Of a DNA stretch of 64,000 nucleotides, positions 41,453 to 54,722 are shown piece after piece (position 1 is the first letter of the stretch; each line of letters opens with the position of its first letter). The translations under genes were made by a program, and so were the position numbers. A model generated the notes under the pieces. That model saw only the letters and a program-made list of their open reading frames with translations. It ran no database searches and was not told the DNA's origin. Origin of the DNA: Kudoa neothunni. Taxonomy: Eukaryota > Animalia > Cnidaria. The DNA lies in contig OZ199839.1 of NCBI GenBank assembly GCA_964304625.1, positions 5,772,311 to 5,836,310 of the forward strand, given 5' to 3'.

Positions 41453-42249
41453 CACTACATATACATAGATTAACCCCGTTATTTTGCGCAAGCGTCGACG
41501 TAACTAGACCGACTGGGATTAATTTAAGCTGCAAAGTTGTTCATAATATTTATTTCGACAATCACCTCTATGCAGGACATCAATCAATGTTTTTAATACT
41601 TTTTTCGAAAAATGTATTTTTAGTGTATTCACGCGAAATTTCACATGGGCCTGTGAAAGATGGTTTATTAGTTTATGAAGGGATTAATTTGTACGAAGGT
41701 GAATGTTTAATATTTTCATTATTGATCATCAGTGTTTTTTTGGAATTAACCACAAAAATTTTTGGGATATATTTTACCACAGAAGAGGTTTGACGTTCGA
41801 GGGAATTTTTTTCCATGTTGTATCCATTAAACTAAATGATTTTGAAAAATTATACAGTGCAATGAATTATTAATAAAATATCACTGATAATGTGAAAAAA
41901 TAAATTATGTATAAAAATAATAGTTCAAACCCATGAATCTGATTTAATCTTAGATCAATTGATTGAAGTTCGAGGACGCAAATCGAAGGTAGCATTTCTA
42001 AATACTGATTTTCGTATAACATTAATATAAGACCAGACTTTGTTGTGAACTCTACCACCAGTTCAAAGTATCTGCTACTCGACATACATAATGCATTGTG
42101 CCTGATAAATTAAAAAGATTGAAGTAGCGACGAATGACAGAAAAACTCCAAAATTAAAATTAAATATATATTGTGTTGAATATTAGGTTTGATAGGAATT
42201 ATTAGCGATCTACTCAAAAACTACATAAGACGTAAATTTTGGGAGTTTA

Positions 42250-43687
42250 TCAAACGAGGCCGACTTCCTTCAGATTAATGTTTGATATCACATCAATGAC
42301 AGAGTTGAATACAAATTCGATATTTTCGGTATTTGTTGCAGTGGTGAAATGAAGGTAGATTCTTTTTCCTTGAACACGGTTTCTGCTTCTGAAAAGTTGT
42401 TGCACAAAACTGCTCACAGAGTCATAATCATTATCACCTATATGTGAGAACCCAATGAATAATAGTTGATTCATCTAAGACAGTTAAAATTCACCTTCAT
42501 ATTCTGGGAAAAAGTTGCTGAAAAGGGAGTGTTTGAGTTTCTCCTCGAAAATATCCTTTTTATTAAAAAATATAATAATGGCAGTTTCAGAGAAAAAGTT
42601 GTTGTTGGCGATCGAATCGAACAGCTTTAAGCTTTCTCTCATACGATTCTACATATCAATATTAGCGTGTGGATTTGAAGAATGAAGATAGATGATGGGT
42701 ACCGTTTCTTGATCCTCCTCCAATACCATGTCATATTCGGACATGGCGGTAATGAAAAGTATGGCGTGGACATTTTCAAAGCAATGAATCCATTTTTTTC
42801 GTTCACTTCTTTGACCACCGACGTCAATCATTCTAAAAAATTTATACACAATGATGTTTATGTGATGATAGAGGGTGGATTAAATCAAAAATTAGCTACC
42901 TTATCGTAAGACCTTTGATAAGAAATTCATTTTCGATAATACCAGTTGTTTTCACTCGTGCTTGAATAATATCTTGTTCATTTGGAACGAAGGTTTCCAC
43001 AGTATATCTATTGATATTTTCCATATAACTAGTTGATTCGTGGAAAATTGATTAGCACAATCTAAATGACAAATATCGATGAGGTACTATTTAGTGGAGT
43101 CGTTCAGTTGAAATTCGTTTCGACGTTCATAGCATTGTTGTATCCCGTTGTCTTTCCACAATTCGGAGATATCGTTGACGATCTGCAAAAATACTTGTTT
43201 GGGATCATCTTGTAAAATTCCTGACATCACTTTCTTGGATATTTGCTAAAAATTCGATTAAGGGAATTAAATTAAAAATAGGTTAATAGTGTTAGGCTGT
43301 AGCAAATGGATTAGGTTGATCGTGGATGGTACCTCATTTTTTTCCGATTCATATTCAATTCCAAGTTGCTCCATCGCCATGACAAGATTACAACAAGAGT
43401 GTAGAATGTTGTTGAATATGATCAATATAAAACCTTTTTTTTCTTCTTCTGTGAAACCTTTTCCATGGATGATTTTCATTTGTTTGACAATGGTACTTTT
43501 ACCACATTCACCAGCACCTATACCAGTCGAAATAATTACAGGTGAGTAGTTGTTTCAAAAAGGGCCATCAACCTAGAAGCAAGATGCGAGCCAAGCGTCT
43601 CATTTTTTCCTTGTTTTTTTTGAGGTTTTTGTCAATTGATTTATTCGCCAAGGTGTCATCTCCTGAACTACTTTGAATACATCCCAT
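42250..43687 (-). CDS. Heterotrimeric G-protein alpha subunit, 7 exons, class ambiguous (Gi/o-like)
   Basis: MGC N-terminus; RILLLG|[17 protein letters not shown]; ARVKTTGI; [16 protein letters not shown]; FFNKKD; HFTTATNT; C-terminus NLKEVGLV*. Confidence 0.97.
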
Positions 43688-45428
43688 TTTCTACAACCAA
43701 TCCAACTAGAATTTCCACTACTATATTTATTTGTGTAATTCTTGTTACACGATTCTACGTACTGATTAACCTATTATCGATTGCCTATGAATCCACACAA
43801 TAATAAAAACCAACTGATAATCCAACGATGATTTTCTATTCGGTCCCCTGCAAATGGACCGATTGTGTGTCTTATAGGTTAATAAGCTCTAACACTAATC
43901 TAATAATTCTATTTAATTGCTAGCTAAGGAAAATATTATTTATAAGAAAATCTATCAAGATTATTAAGAGTATAGTGGTTTGGAAATTTTCAGCTAAAAT
44001 ATTTGTTTTTATGGCCGTTCTTCCACTACCAATCCCAATCATTAGTCTATTATAACTACATCACAAATTTATACCTTAAATACTATAATGTGATTTTGAA
44101 ATCAATTATAACTATCAGAATAATCCTTATAATTAATATGAGAGGTAAATATATCAGGTTTTCAATTCTTTTGGGTACTTATTCAAACTCGCTTTCTGCT
44201 GATTGATAACTAGTAAACACATCTATGTGTACTAATCACATGGGATTCATGCAAACGGAGGATTTATGTAAAATGAATGGTTGACATTAATACTATTCAG
44301 TTTTACTGAAGGAATATCATTGTGTATTACAATAAATAGAAATCTTATCAATATGAATCAAACAAGATTGGATTAATTTCATTCACTCCGAATACTATTA
44401 GTTGATTGTGATAAATTTTTTATTTGTTTTTTGAGGTCGCCCCATCCTGTAATATGAATAGAACAAAATACTTTAGTTTGTATGCTGTCTGACAGTAATC
44501 GATACATCCTCCCTCCTTTCCATGCTTCAAATGTTTTCTTACTGTTATCGTTATTTTCTCTTGCTCAATCGATTATTTAAAAGCTATAAATATTAGGCTA
44601 TACATAGGAAAAGCCAAACCACTATACTATCAATCTTACTCATTATGAAGTGTACTACCTATTTTTGAATTTAAACCGAAGGTCGAAAAATAATATTCTT
44701 ACAATATTCACGCGGTAGTATTGAATTAATTGCGTAGATTTTACGAAAACCTGTAATAATTATATGATCTAATCTTAAACATCTTATTGGTGCATTTTCG
44801 ATTAACGTCGTATATCATCATTTATACATTTCAAAAAATCATTAGGCCATATAAATTAATTAGTTTTCTGTTTGTAATTTAGGTTTTCGTGTTATATTTT
44901 TTAATTATCGCCTGGTAAATATTGTCAAAATAATTAATTACAACGTTAAATTGGACAAGTAAATTATGCTTATCACGTTTTGTGGGTGTTCCAAAATGAA
45001 AAATACTATTCGCGCTTGCGCAACCAATATAATTATTTTTAAATGTACAGGTGGACTTTCGACGAAATTAAAAGATTTATAAATTTAATAAAGCAACAAT
45101 ATAAATTATTGATTTATATTTGGGGGATGATCCCCCAATTTGTCTGGTAAATCACAAGGAAGCTCTGATCCGAATTTAGTCGTTTTTTAGATTATATCAT
45201 AATAACTTCAAATTTATTTAAAAGATTATGAATTAATTCGTATTATTCCTAACTGCCTAAAAGAGGAATCACAATAAATGACACCGGGGAAAATAGTGTA
45301 TTTGGATGGAAAATAATTATGACATAAAAATTAACAATTTCCTCAATATTTTAAAGTAGCAAATTTATTTTCGGACAAAAGGTTTATAAAAACTGCGTGA
45401 AATCATTAATTTTCTTGTGTTTTCTTCA

Positions 45429-45836
45429 TCTCTATTACTTTTTCTATTTTTTCCCTTAAAAAGTTAGTGGTGCCTGCGTATAGTTCCCGAGCCGGTCCAG
45501 AATTCGACTCTAAAAATCCCCCGGACCAAAAAATAACGTTTCATATTGCACTCTAAGAGAGTTTAAATAATTCGACGATGACCTTAACGTATTTAGTTTT
45601 TAGCGTTGGTGCTGAGCCACGGAATTTTTAAATGAACGCCGGGATTGGAACACTCCTTCAAAGAAATGTTCATAATTTAAAGTTCATAGTCCAAATGGTT
45701 AAAGTATATTGCTTAAAACTTTTTAATTATGTTATTTCTAGGGATTAATTCGAAATTTCAATATATTTTTCGAATGCTATTAAAAAAAGTATCTAGGCGA
45801 GATCTTCCCCAAGCAACGCTGGGAAATTCCCGCTAG
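45429..45836 (+). mobile_element. Non-autonomous Helitron
   Basis: 3' hairpin CCCAAGCAACGCTGGG followed by ...CGCTAG|T. Candidate 5' end A|TCTCTATT. Confidence 0.55.
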
Positions 45837-45979
45837 TATTTTATGTTCGTTGACACGTCACCATGTGTTACAGATGGATTAAGCGATACTGAGAAACAAT
45901 TCATTAAAGTATTTGAAGTAAATCATACGGCGCTGATAATGTAATGAGCCACCATAAGATGTACTTATACACTTTAGTC

Positions 45980-45982
<3 letters not shown>

Positions 45983-46016
<34 letters not shown>
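45983..46016. repeat. (TA)n microsatellite
   Basis: Directly visible. Confidence 0.95.
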
Positions 46017-46019
<3 letters not shown>

Positions 46020-46356
46020 ATGCAAAGTAAAAGAAATTACAAATTAAGAAAAATAAAAGTCGATCCAATAACCACACCAGATGTTAGAATTCCCTCATAT
46101 ACATTATCATAAATTTATACAGTTAAAATCAATAGAATAACAAGTTAATCGCAGACAGAAATTTTCCAACCACCTCAATTAATTATTTCCTCTCTGTTAA
46201 CACGAGGCATAAAATCATTCGAGTAAGTAAAAAGAAAAATAATTTGTCCACAATCAACAATAATTTGATTAGACATCACAATACAGTAAAAAAATACAAA
46301 TTAATATTACACAGAATATAATAAAATTATACTTTAGTTTTACCATTTTAATATAA

Positions 46357-46771
46357 TTATAATACCATAGAGATTTTTTCTCTCGAAAGATATATTCTCT
46401 CCCCTGAAAGAACATACCTAATCTTAGCGAAGATTTTTACTGCAATTGAAGACAACGGTAATTTTAAGAATCCATAATAACTGTCCGCAAGTCTCTGTTG
46501 CTGAAATCTTTTTTTTAAACAATGTGAATAAGTGCTTTTCAACAAAAGTTTCAGCATTAGAAAGTAACCGTGCTGTAGGGCAGTATTTGTAGGAAAAACT
46601 GTTAGGTTTTGTGTAACTATCTATTATTTTAAATGGCAACCAACCATTTAAAAAGGCTGAAACAAGATAAATCATTATTTTATGATCTTTAAATAACAGA
46701 AGGGGTCCGGAGAGACACGCTTTAACGATTCTACCATCAAATGATGGTTCGATAATGCCATGTTTCTGCAC
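46357..46771 (-). CDS. Unknown ORF or exon downstream of maelstrom
   Basis: 115-aa open frame with protein-like composition plus an overlapping frame. No recognised motif. Confidence 0.3.
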
Positions 46772-47063
46772 ATGGTTTTGTACGTAACGTAAATTTGTCG
46801 TATTTTAAAACAAATTCATTTAAATAACTTCCAAATTAACTCAATCATTAATATAATTATCCAAATCACATCTTATTCTGATTATTCTGATTATTATTAT
46901 TAAGGCACGCTTTCCGAAAAAATAAACGTCGAACCTACCAAATAAAATAGACGATTTAAATTGATCGAAATCCAAAATTGCATGCCCCAAACATAACCAT
47001 ACGCAAAAACAGAAGTGATACTGTGTAAAATTTTTACTTTTAACAATAATAAGATATACATTA

Positions 47064-48783
47064 TCAATAACGATAGAGTTCAAAGTTGGTAACTGATTTT
47101 AAATTATAATTATCGTCATTATAATGGTTATTTTCATTGGTTGGGATTACGTTTTTCATCGAAGGAACGGGTGTCTTAGGTAAAGAGTCTTTAGTCTTGC
47201 TTTCCAACGATGTCGGAACAAGAAATTTCATTACTAAAATTTCTTACAACTACAATAAAAACAAAACAATCCAACCTGGAACATTCTTAAATGGCGTATT
47301 TAAGGCATACTCTGCAGTCGGATAATGAGCAGTGGTCATGGAGATATCTAGCGATTTGGCAAACACCTCACTCATAGCATGACTATAACACAAGGTTAAT
47401 CTCTCCCCACAACGAACACCACAGCTTAATACGCATATGAAAGCACATTTTTCAGCGAACAATAACAACAATCAATTTCTTTGTGGAAAGGACACCTATA
47501 TTTTTAATTAAAATACAACACAGCCAGAATGCAAATGGAAAATAATTCGGAAAATCCATCATACTGGATTTCTGACATAAAATCATATTTCGTGGTGCCC
47601 AACTGATGAAGCATATGGTTCATTTTATTTCTCAGTGCATTTGGATCGATGGACTTATGTTGGACGAGATGACACTGAAGGTGTTGGGTGAGGTACTCAA
47701 AATCGATCACTTTTGGAATGTTTGATGCACCACTAACGCCACCTAAAAAATTAATTCAACCACATATTCCAACATTCGTAATTGTTAAACTAACCAAAAG
47801 TGCCAGTGTTAACGGTGTGCACAATCCAGTTGATCGACTGTGAAATATTCTTCCATTTGGAACTCTATAAAGATCAAACCACCACTTCTTCAAACAAAAT
47901 CAGCTGTCGATCTACTTTACAATAGAGAACATTCGAGCGCGATTTACCCACAATGTAATTGACGTAAGCGATCACATCACGGAATCTCGCTGGATTTTAC
48001 TCCAGCTGTAGGTATACGGTGAGTGTTCTCGACGGCGTATTTCAAATTGGACATATATCCAAGAGGCACATAATTTGCAATAGAAATATAGTCATGGTAA
48101 CATGCTGTGAGACCTGAGGTCAAGTTATACTCAACAATGCTAATCTCGGCAGGGATGCAGTTGATTTTGGTGAGAGTCATAAAATCGCTAAGGTTGGAGG
48201 GAGCATTTAACATTTTACGACTGATCACTTGTTTGTAATGTTCGTTGTCACGAAATTGGGTAGGACAACCTATTTCATCATAGCATTGTATGTCTACAAA
48301 AAGAAAATTTTCGTATTTAATCCAAGAATCAATAGCCAGTGTTGTCCAACGAGTAGCTTGTTGTTTGATTAGAGTGTGTTTGCATTTGGTGATGTATTCA
48401 TGGACTAATTCATGGATAGATTTGGAGGGTGAACATTTGGGGGAAACTTTTTTGAGTTTGTTAGTGGGATGGGGTGCTAGGATGTGTGGGTCTGTAGTTA
48501 TTAGCGATGACATAAATTCTTCCAATGGCACATTTGTTGTTGTTGATTTGGCTCGTTTCGATTTGGGCCTCGTCGTTAAATTTTTTGTTTATCCGAATCA
48601 GTCAGTGCCTAAATGGTGAACTTTATGGGATTAAGTCGGTTGCTCGAAACAAACCCTCCATAAAGGATCACAATAGTTGACCAGCTTTGGTATATTTTTG
48701 CATTTTGCCTTTGCTTGCGGATCAGTTGCTTTTATGTGATTCATAAAACATTGGAACCCATTAATTTTGTTATTTTTAACCAT
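47064..48783 (-). CDS. MAEL: Maelstrom (HMG box + MAEL domain), piRNA pathway
   Basis: HMG-like exon 1 (NGFQCFMNH...CDPLWR|ALTDSDKQK). MAEL motifs CIPAEISIVEYNLTSGL..YH.YI..VPLGY...THRIP and CPFHKEIDCCYCSL (ECHC zinc ligands). Apparent frameshift at 48565-48586. The 3' end is approximate. Confidence 0.88.
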
Positions 48784-51700
48784 TTAAAGCACAAAAAAAA
48801 GTTGTTCTGTCCAAAAAAGACAGTATATTTATCGTTTGTTACAGCCTACGCGCTAACGTCGTCTATCGAGTTGCGCCGCAAGTACATCATATAGTCTTCC
48901 GTCAAAAATCCTCTCGTAACCTTGATAATATCTCATTTTTGAATGATATAAGGCTATTAACTAGTCTCTATACTCAATTCATCTTGATTACCGAGAAACT
49001 GGACCTTAAACTTGACTCCTAGTTAGTGACCTTAGCCGTTAAATACTCAAATTGAACCATACACGTGTTGTCTGTTGTGAGTTATGAGTTGTCAGTAGGG
49101 ACAAATTTTCACTGGCGGTGCCTACTGTCATGTTAACGGATAGAATGGTTAATGAATCTTACTAATTTTTTAAAATCTATGACATCTTTAAAAACTAATA
49201 TAATAAAGATATATAATATTTTTTAAATATATTGTTCGAATATTAATCCTATATTTTTAAACCCAGATTAGCGTTATATTTATGCTATAATTTTTATCAG
49301 GAATGACTTATTTTCATTTAATATATTATTTTGGATATTATGGCCTGGCATTTGCTACAATTGAACACCTAATTCTTGCATAAAATACGAATTCTTTTTT
49401 TTTATTATGGTCATTTAATAATAGGCAATCGTTAAGAATAAAATATGACAGTCCAACAAAATTAGAGTTGTCCGACTTAAAGTCTACAACACATAAATCA
49501 TGCTTTACTTGAGCTAACTCAATTGGTGGTATAACCTGTTGAAATAATCACTAAGGACTAGGAGTTCTCTGCATTAATAGATTGCTGCAAATGCTTTTGT
49601 GATGAGAAACAGCGGTTGTTGAAAGTACCCTACTGATGGCGCAACAACGATCAAAACTCGGTATTAAAATATTCAACAGGTTCGTTTTTGTACGTTGCCG
49701 CTGATTTGGATTACAACCAATATGACACATTTTTACCATTCGGATAACTATGGAATTTTTAATTCGTATATTGAGCATGTTGTAAGTTTTTCAGATTAAA
49801 TAATTGAAATCAGTCAATATTTGCTTTAAAAATATTTTAATTTTACTATAACGAATAATAATACGCGCCAAATACTAAGATAGACTTTTTGGAAAATAAA
49901 TAATTTTTAACGCGAAAATTTGGCCTTGATCAGCAATGATAAATTGATAATATATGATTATAAATTTTGTTAACTTTTATAAATTCATTATTTAAATTCG
50001 GACAATTGAATTAATTTGGAAAAATTATAATTTTTAAAATAAGAAGGCCCAGTAAGGTCTCCATTCTGTATAGCTTCTCCTTGGTGTCCAAAAGAGACTC
50101 AATACCGAGTATTTGCGTCTGTGCAATCATATGATTTATTTTGATTTTAAGCAAAAATTATTTTTTTAAAATTTACTATCATTTTTCCATTACGGGATGT
50201 GAATTGAGGGGACAAATGCTTAATCTCTGTTTCAATGCAGTGCGTATGCGCATAATATTTATTTATTTATTACTCAACACTTACTTTAGATATAATAATA
50301 AATTAAGAAAGTTTCATGCATGTTTTTATTTAAAATCCTCCAACCCATACGATTAAAATAAAAAATACTTTTGATTGTAATAAAATTTGATGTGTGAATT
50401 GCATTTATTATTTTTTAAAATTTTTATTGACAGAAATCATTAGTATTATCATCACGTTGTCTAAATAGTTTTTTTCTACTAATTTAAGTGAATGATCAAC
50501 TAGAATTAGATTAATCGCGTTTCACCTTTAAAATCATTGTTTACACAAAAATTGGTTGTTATTAATATATTTTTTTAATATAAATGCAAATATAGTGATA
50601 ATTAAGAGAGATTAAATTGCAAGAGCATGCAGTAAAATTATTCTTTGTGCGCACGCGCAGCGAATGGTCATGGGAACCTTGGACCCATTTCCCATTTTAA
50701 TGTCCACGACCCGTCACTTGATGTATTCTATATTGTCTAGGATAGGTTAAGATTTGTTGCGTATCCTGTATTTAATCTACAGTCATGGAAATAAGTTTCT
50801 CAAAATTTACAGAGTAAATCTAGCGTTTGAACGAATGAGAATGCTTCAAATATTATATTCTGGAGGAAAGTTTTACAAAAATATTATATTTATGTTTATA
50901 TCATTGTCATTGAGCATTATAATAAAGTTATTATGATAGGCGCATGCGCCAATGTTTAAAATAAACGACAAATTTTTTAAAAATTGTCGTCTAAAATTAC
51001 AACCTCTAATTAGTAAACATTGACCTTAACTTTATTTATTTACATATATTCATTAATCCTTATCATCCCAGCCACACCCTATTCAACTTCTTAATTATCT
51101 GTAAACCCCGACTAATAATCTGGCGACTGTAAACCAAAACAACAACTTTAACTCTCAACAAAATCTCCTACACGCCAAATATCAATCTACATCAGTGTTT
51201 CCCAACCTAAGGTGATGAAAATTTTTTTGACCAATTTGGACGGCGCAGGAAAAACGCGGAACCATGCCGTGTAGGATACCCTCAGGATAGGCAATGTTAT
51301 TTTAACTCGATTTATATTGATTTAATGTAAATTTTATATTGAATTAAGTTACATATTGTTGTTTTGTAGGTAACATAGCACCATTCAAGATGAAAAACTT
51401 AACTCATCATGCGACCTGAGATGTTCAGCACGTGTTCCAATCAGGAAATATTCATTCTTTCGTTCGTTCATTTGTGTTTGGTGACCACGAAAGTCCTTTT
51501 ACTTAAAATCTGATACAGATGAGAGTTAATTTTTCTATCCATTAAATTTTAGACACGTAACTATTCATGTATTTCTTGAACTCGTTTCATGTAATGACAC
51601 GATAGTTTGACTGCATAGTTTTTACTATTCATAATTAGTTAATACTTATATACGATTATTCACCGAATATTTAAGTGCAACGAGCATGTTAAAAAAGTAC

Positions 51701-52559
51701 ACTTGATATTGAAATTAGCTTTTAAGACTGAGTTATTTTCAAAAACTTCAGTTCACTCGCAGATTTAATACCCAAATCTAGACGTTGAAAGCATTATTCG
51801 CCCCGAATTCTCATACAGAAAGAATTTTATTAAATAATGTTATCAGCTCATATGATATTCATTATTTTTATTATAAAAAATAATGTGCTTGTAAACATTT
51901 CATGAAAATATAATCCACACTTCTAACTATATTTTTTTACTATTCTTATATGCCAATTATATTGTTTATAATAAATGAAATAAATTTTTTAAATATTTTA
52001 TTTAACAAAAAGAAAATTATAATGGATATAAATTATTTTTAATTAAAAAGATGTTGTCAATGAATAACTTTAAATAACTTGGAATTGCACATAATTTTAA
52101 TCCGCACGTTTTAAACATATTTTTGATTTTTCGTAACGTATTTAATTAAGAAAATAAAATTGTCATGACAGCTGATGGAAAATTATGAATTTAAAATTTG
52201 TCAGAACCTTCGAAATTAATAAAAAAAATTATAAACTAAAATAATTTAACGTAATAATAATTTTTATCTCTAAAAATTAAAAAAAAGTTAATTTCCTAAT
52301 TGCTGCTGTGTATCACCCTGGGATGGATATTATACTTGATTTTATTCCTGAAGTAAATGATTAATTTACTCATATTTAGGTAGAATATTTTAAAAATTAT
52401 CATTTGTTTATTATAGTTGTTTAACATAAATTATAATATTTTGTGTTTAAATATTTGTTTTTATATTAAAACAAACGTTAGTATACAATATAATTAATGT
52501 TGTATTCAAATAGATCTCTATCAAACAATGCTACACTAAATTGGTGTGTGATTTATTAA

Positions 52560-53383
52560 CCCTTAAACGATACCCTCATGTTGATTGCACACCCGACACT
52601 CCTGGGCTCTAGGAGCCTCTCCATTCAACAAACGCATTATATAGAGTAATTAGATCATTGGAAGGATTTAATTGAAAAAAGCGCGGCAACGCGTACGTAT
52701 ATCATGAAATAAACATATATATTTTCGACTTAATGGTTTTAATGTTCGCCACAATTGTAGCATATTATATTCTTTTTAGATTGTTCATTACACACGGCGG
52801 TTTAAAATATGTTGCAAACTTGTTTGTTCCGTCTTCGTTTGAATCATTATTATCACACAAATATGTATTTAACTCAGTCGAAGATACCCTTCGAGGTAGG
52901 GATTAAGTTCGGTTCAGGTTTTACCAAAAATCGAAACCGATTTTAAAAATATATTTTTTAATTATTATAATTTAGCTTCTATTATAAATTGATGATTGAA
53001 AAAATTATTTGAAAAAACCGAAAATTGTTTTCAAAATAACCGAAACCAAAATGTTGCACCGAAACCGAACCGTCTTAATCCCTACATCCAGGTTCAGCAG
53101 AGAAAGATTTATATGATAAACTCAGTTCCTGCATTTTCAAATATGATACGATTATGTGATTAATTTGAGTTTAAAACCAGACTTAAGAATTAAATTTTAA
53201 TAAGTCGTTATTTAAAATTGGCTTAAATATTAAAAATATTTTTTATGGAATTTTACAGAGATATAGAAGAAATATGTTTAGGAATTTAAGTAAAATTTCG
53301 ATCCAAAAACAGATTTTTTAGTGGAATTTTGTCCATTTTGTTGTTCAATTGGGTTCGTGGGGCCCACGGGTATCGTTTAATGG
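52560..53383. mobile_element. piggyBac-like MITE
   Basis: TTAA|CCCTTAAACGATACCC ... GGGTATCGTTTAATGG|TTAA. Confidence 0.88.
52897..53084. mobile_element. Small hAT (Ac-like) MITE
   Basis: TIR TAGGGATTAAG / CTTAATCCCTA, internal AACCG repeats, TSD CTTCGAGG/CATCCAGG. Confidence 0.85.
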
Positions 53384-53830
53384 TTAATGTGATTAACCAT
53401 ACCTTCATCAAATAGACACTAGTATTACATTAATAATCTATATTTGTTTATATTGATTTTTTTAAATGTTAGTTTGAACATAACAAACAAAAATCTTTAA
53501 AACATCGGTTTTTCTATTTAATCAACATGAAATAATATAATGAATCTTTTATTATTAATTTTTTTAAATTAAAAGAAAAAAAAAAGTTAGTTGATTAAAT
53601 TTTGTTTTGACTGCCAAAAATATTAAAAAATATTGATATTAGATAATAGCGAGTTATATTCGAATGAATTTGGTATACATTTAGATTTATTGAATTTACA
53701 AAAAAACATGCTACAATGGTCTTCATACTTTTGTGAATAGAAAGAAATTATATATAAAGAAATTGTGTTCGTTGCATTGAATATTGAAGTGAAAAATTAT
53801 TAGCTGCTAGTAGTTTTTGACTTTATAGAT

Positions 53831-54722
53831 TAGGAGTCATCAAATCGGGCCCTCCGATGTAGCCAATCCGGTCCGCGGTATTCCCCCCCTCGCATTCGTA
53901 TGCACAAGTGCTTATGAAATTGTGTTGAATTACTTGAGGACTATCAATACTTTACTTTAGTAGATGAGTTTGTGGTTAAAAATTTCATTTAATTCTTTTA
54001 ACGTTTACATTTTATTTTAATTGAAACAAAAGAGAAAATCGACATATTAATATAGCAAGATAATGGATGTAAAGTACGAATCGATAATATACGCGTTTCA
54101 AGGTTTATTTGATTCGTACGTTTCTAATAATCTAAAATTCTCAGTTATTTAAACTTATAAATTAAATTTATAAACTCTAATTTTTAGTCTGGTTGAATTT
54201 AATTGATTTGATGCAAGAAAATTTTAAAATGATGGAACAATAATCACCTTTTGTTAGATATTTTTTAGCATCATATACAGTATTTTACACAATTATATAC
54301 TTATCTTCAAATTGTGGCTAATAAAGAAATAATAAAAAAATTTAAAACTCTGCAAATGGGCACCTTATTAGTATTAGCATCTACACAATTTTCTACTATG
54401 ATCAAATAAATAAACTATGAATTTTATGCCTGAAAAATTGTAATTATGAATTACAACCATAAATTTAGTGAACTTTGCGATTTTTGTGAATTATTCAGTA
54501 GACAACGGCTGGGTTCCTAATCCCACTATGGTCCTCAAAACTGAAAGATACTAAACCCTCCCACGGGAATCAGTTGCCCGTTTCACATTCACATTCAAAT
54601 AAAAGTTAATTATTTTTGTTTCATCATTATAACTGATTTTCGAAAATATTTTTTAATCCGACTCTCGAAGCTTATGAAAAACGAAAATTAGGCCTGCCAG
54701 ATAACAACTTTGGTGACCCTCT
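53831..54722. mobile_element. hAT MITE, family copy 2 (homologous to 21905-22684)
   Basis: Ends TAGGAGTCATCAAA / ACTTTGGTGACCCTCT. TSD TTATAGAT/TTAAAGAT. Shares blocks such as TTAATTGAAACAAAAG and CCTCAAAACTGAAA with copy 1. Confidence 0.85.

Noticed and set aside
6963-48783. Alternative genetic code or non-canonical introns
   Set aside because: The exons I traced read through with the standard code and GT-AG introns. Stops fall in introns or at homopolymer indels.
49088-49135. SECIS-like ATGAC...AAAA...TGAC on the minus strand
   Set aside because: Helix spacing and the position of the AA motif are non-canonical, and no upstream selenoprotein ORF was seen.
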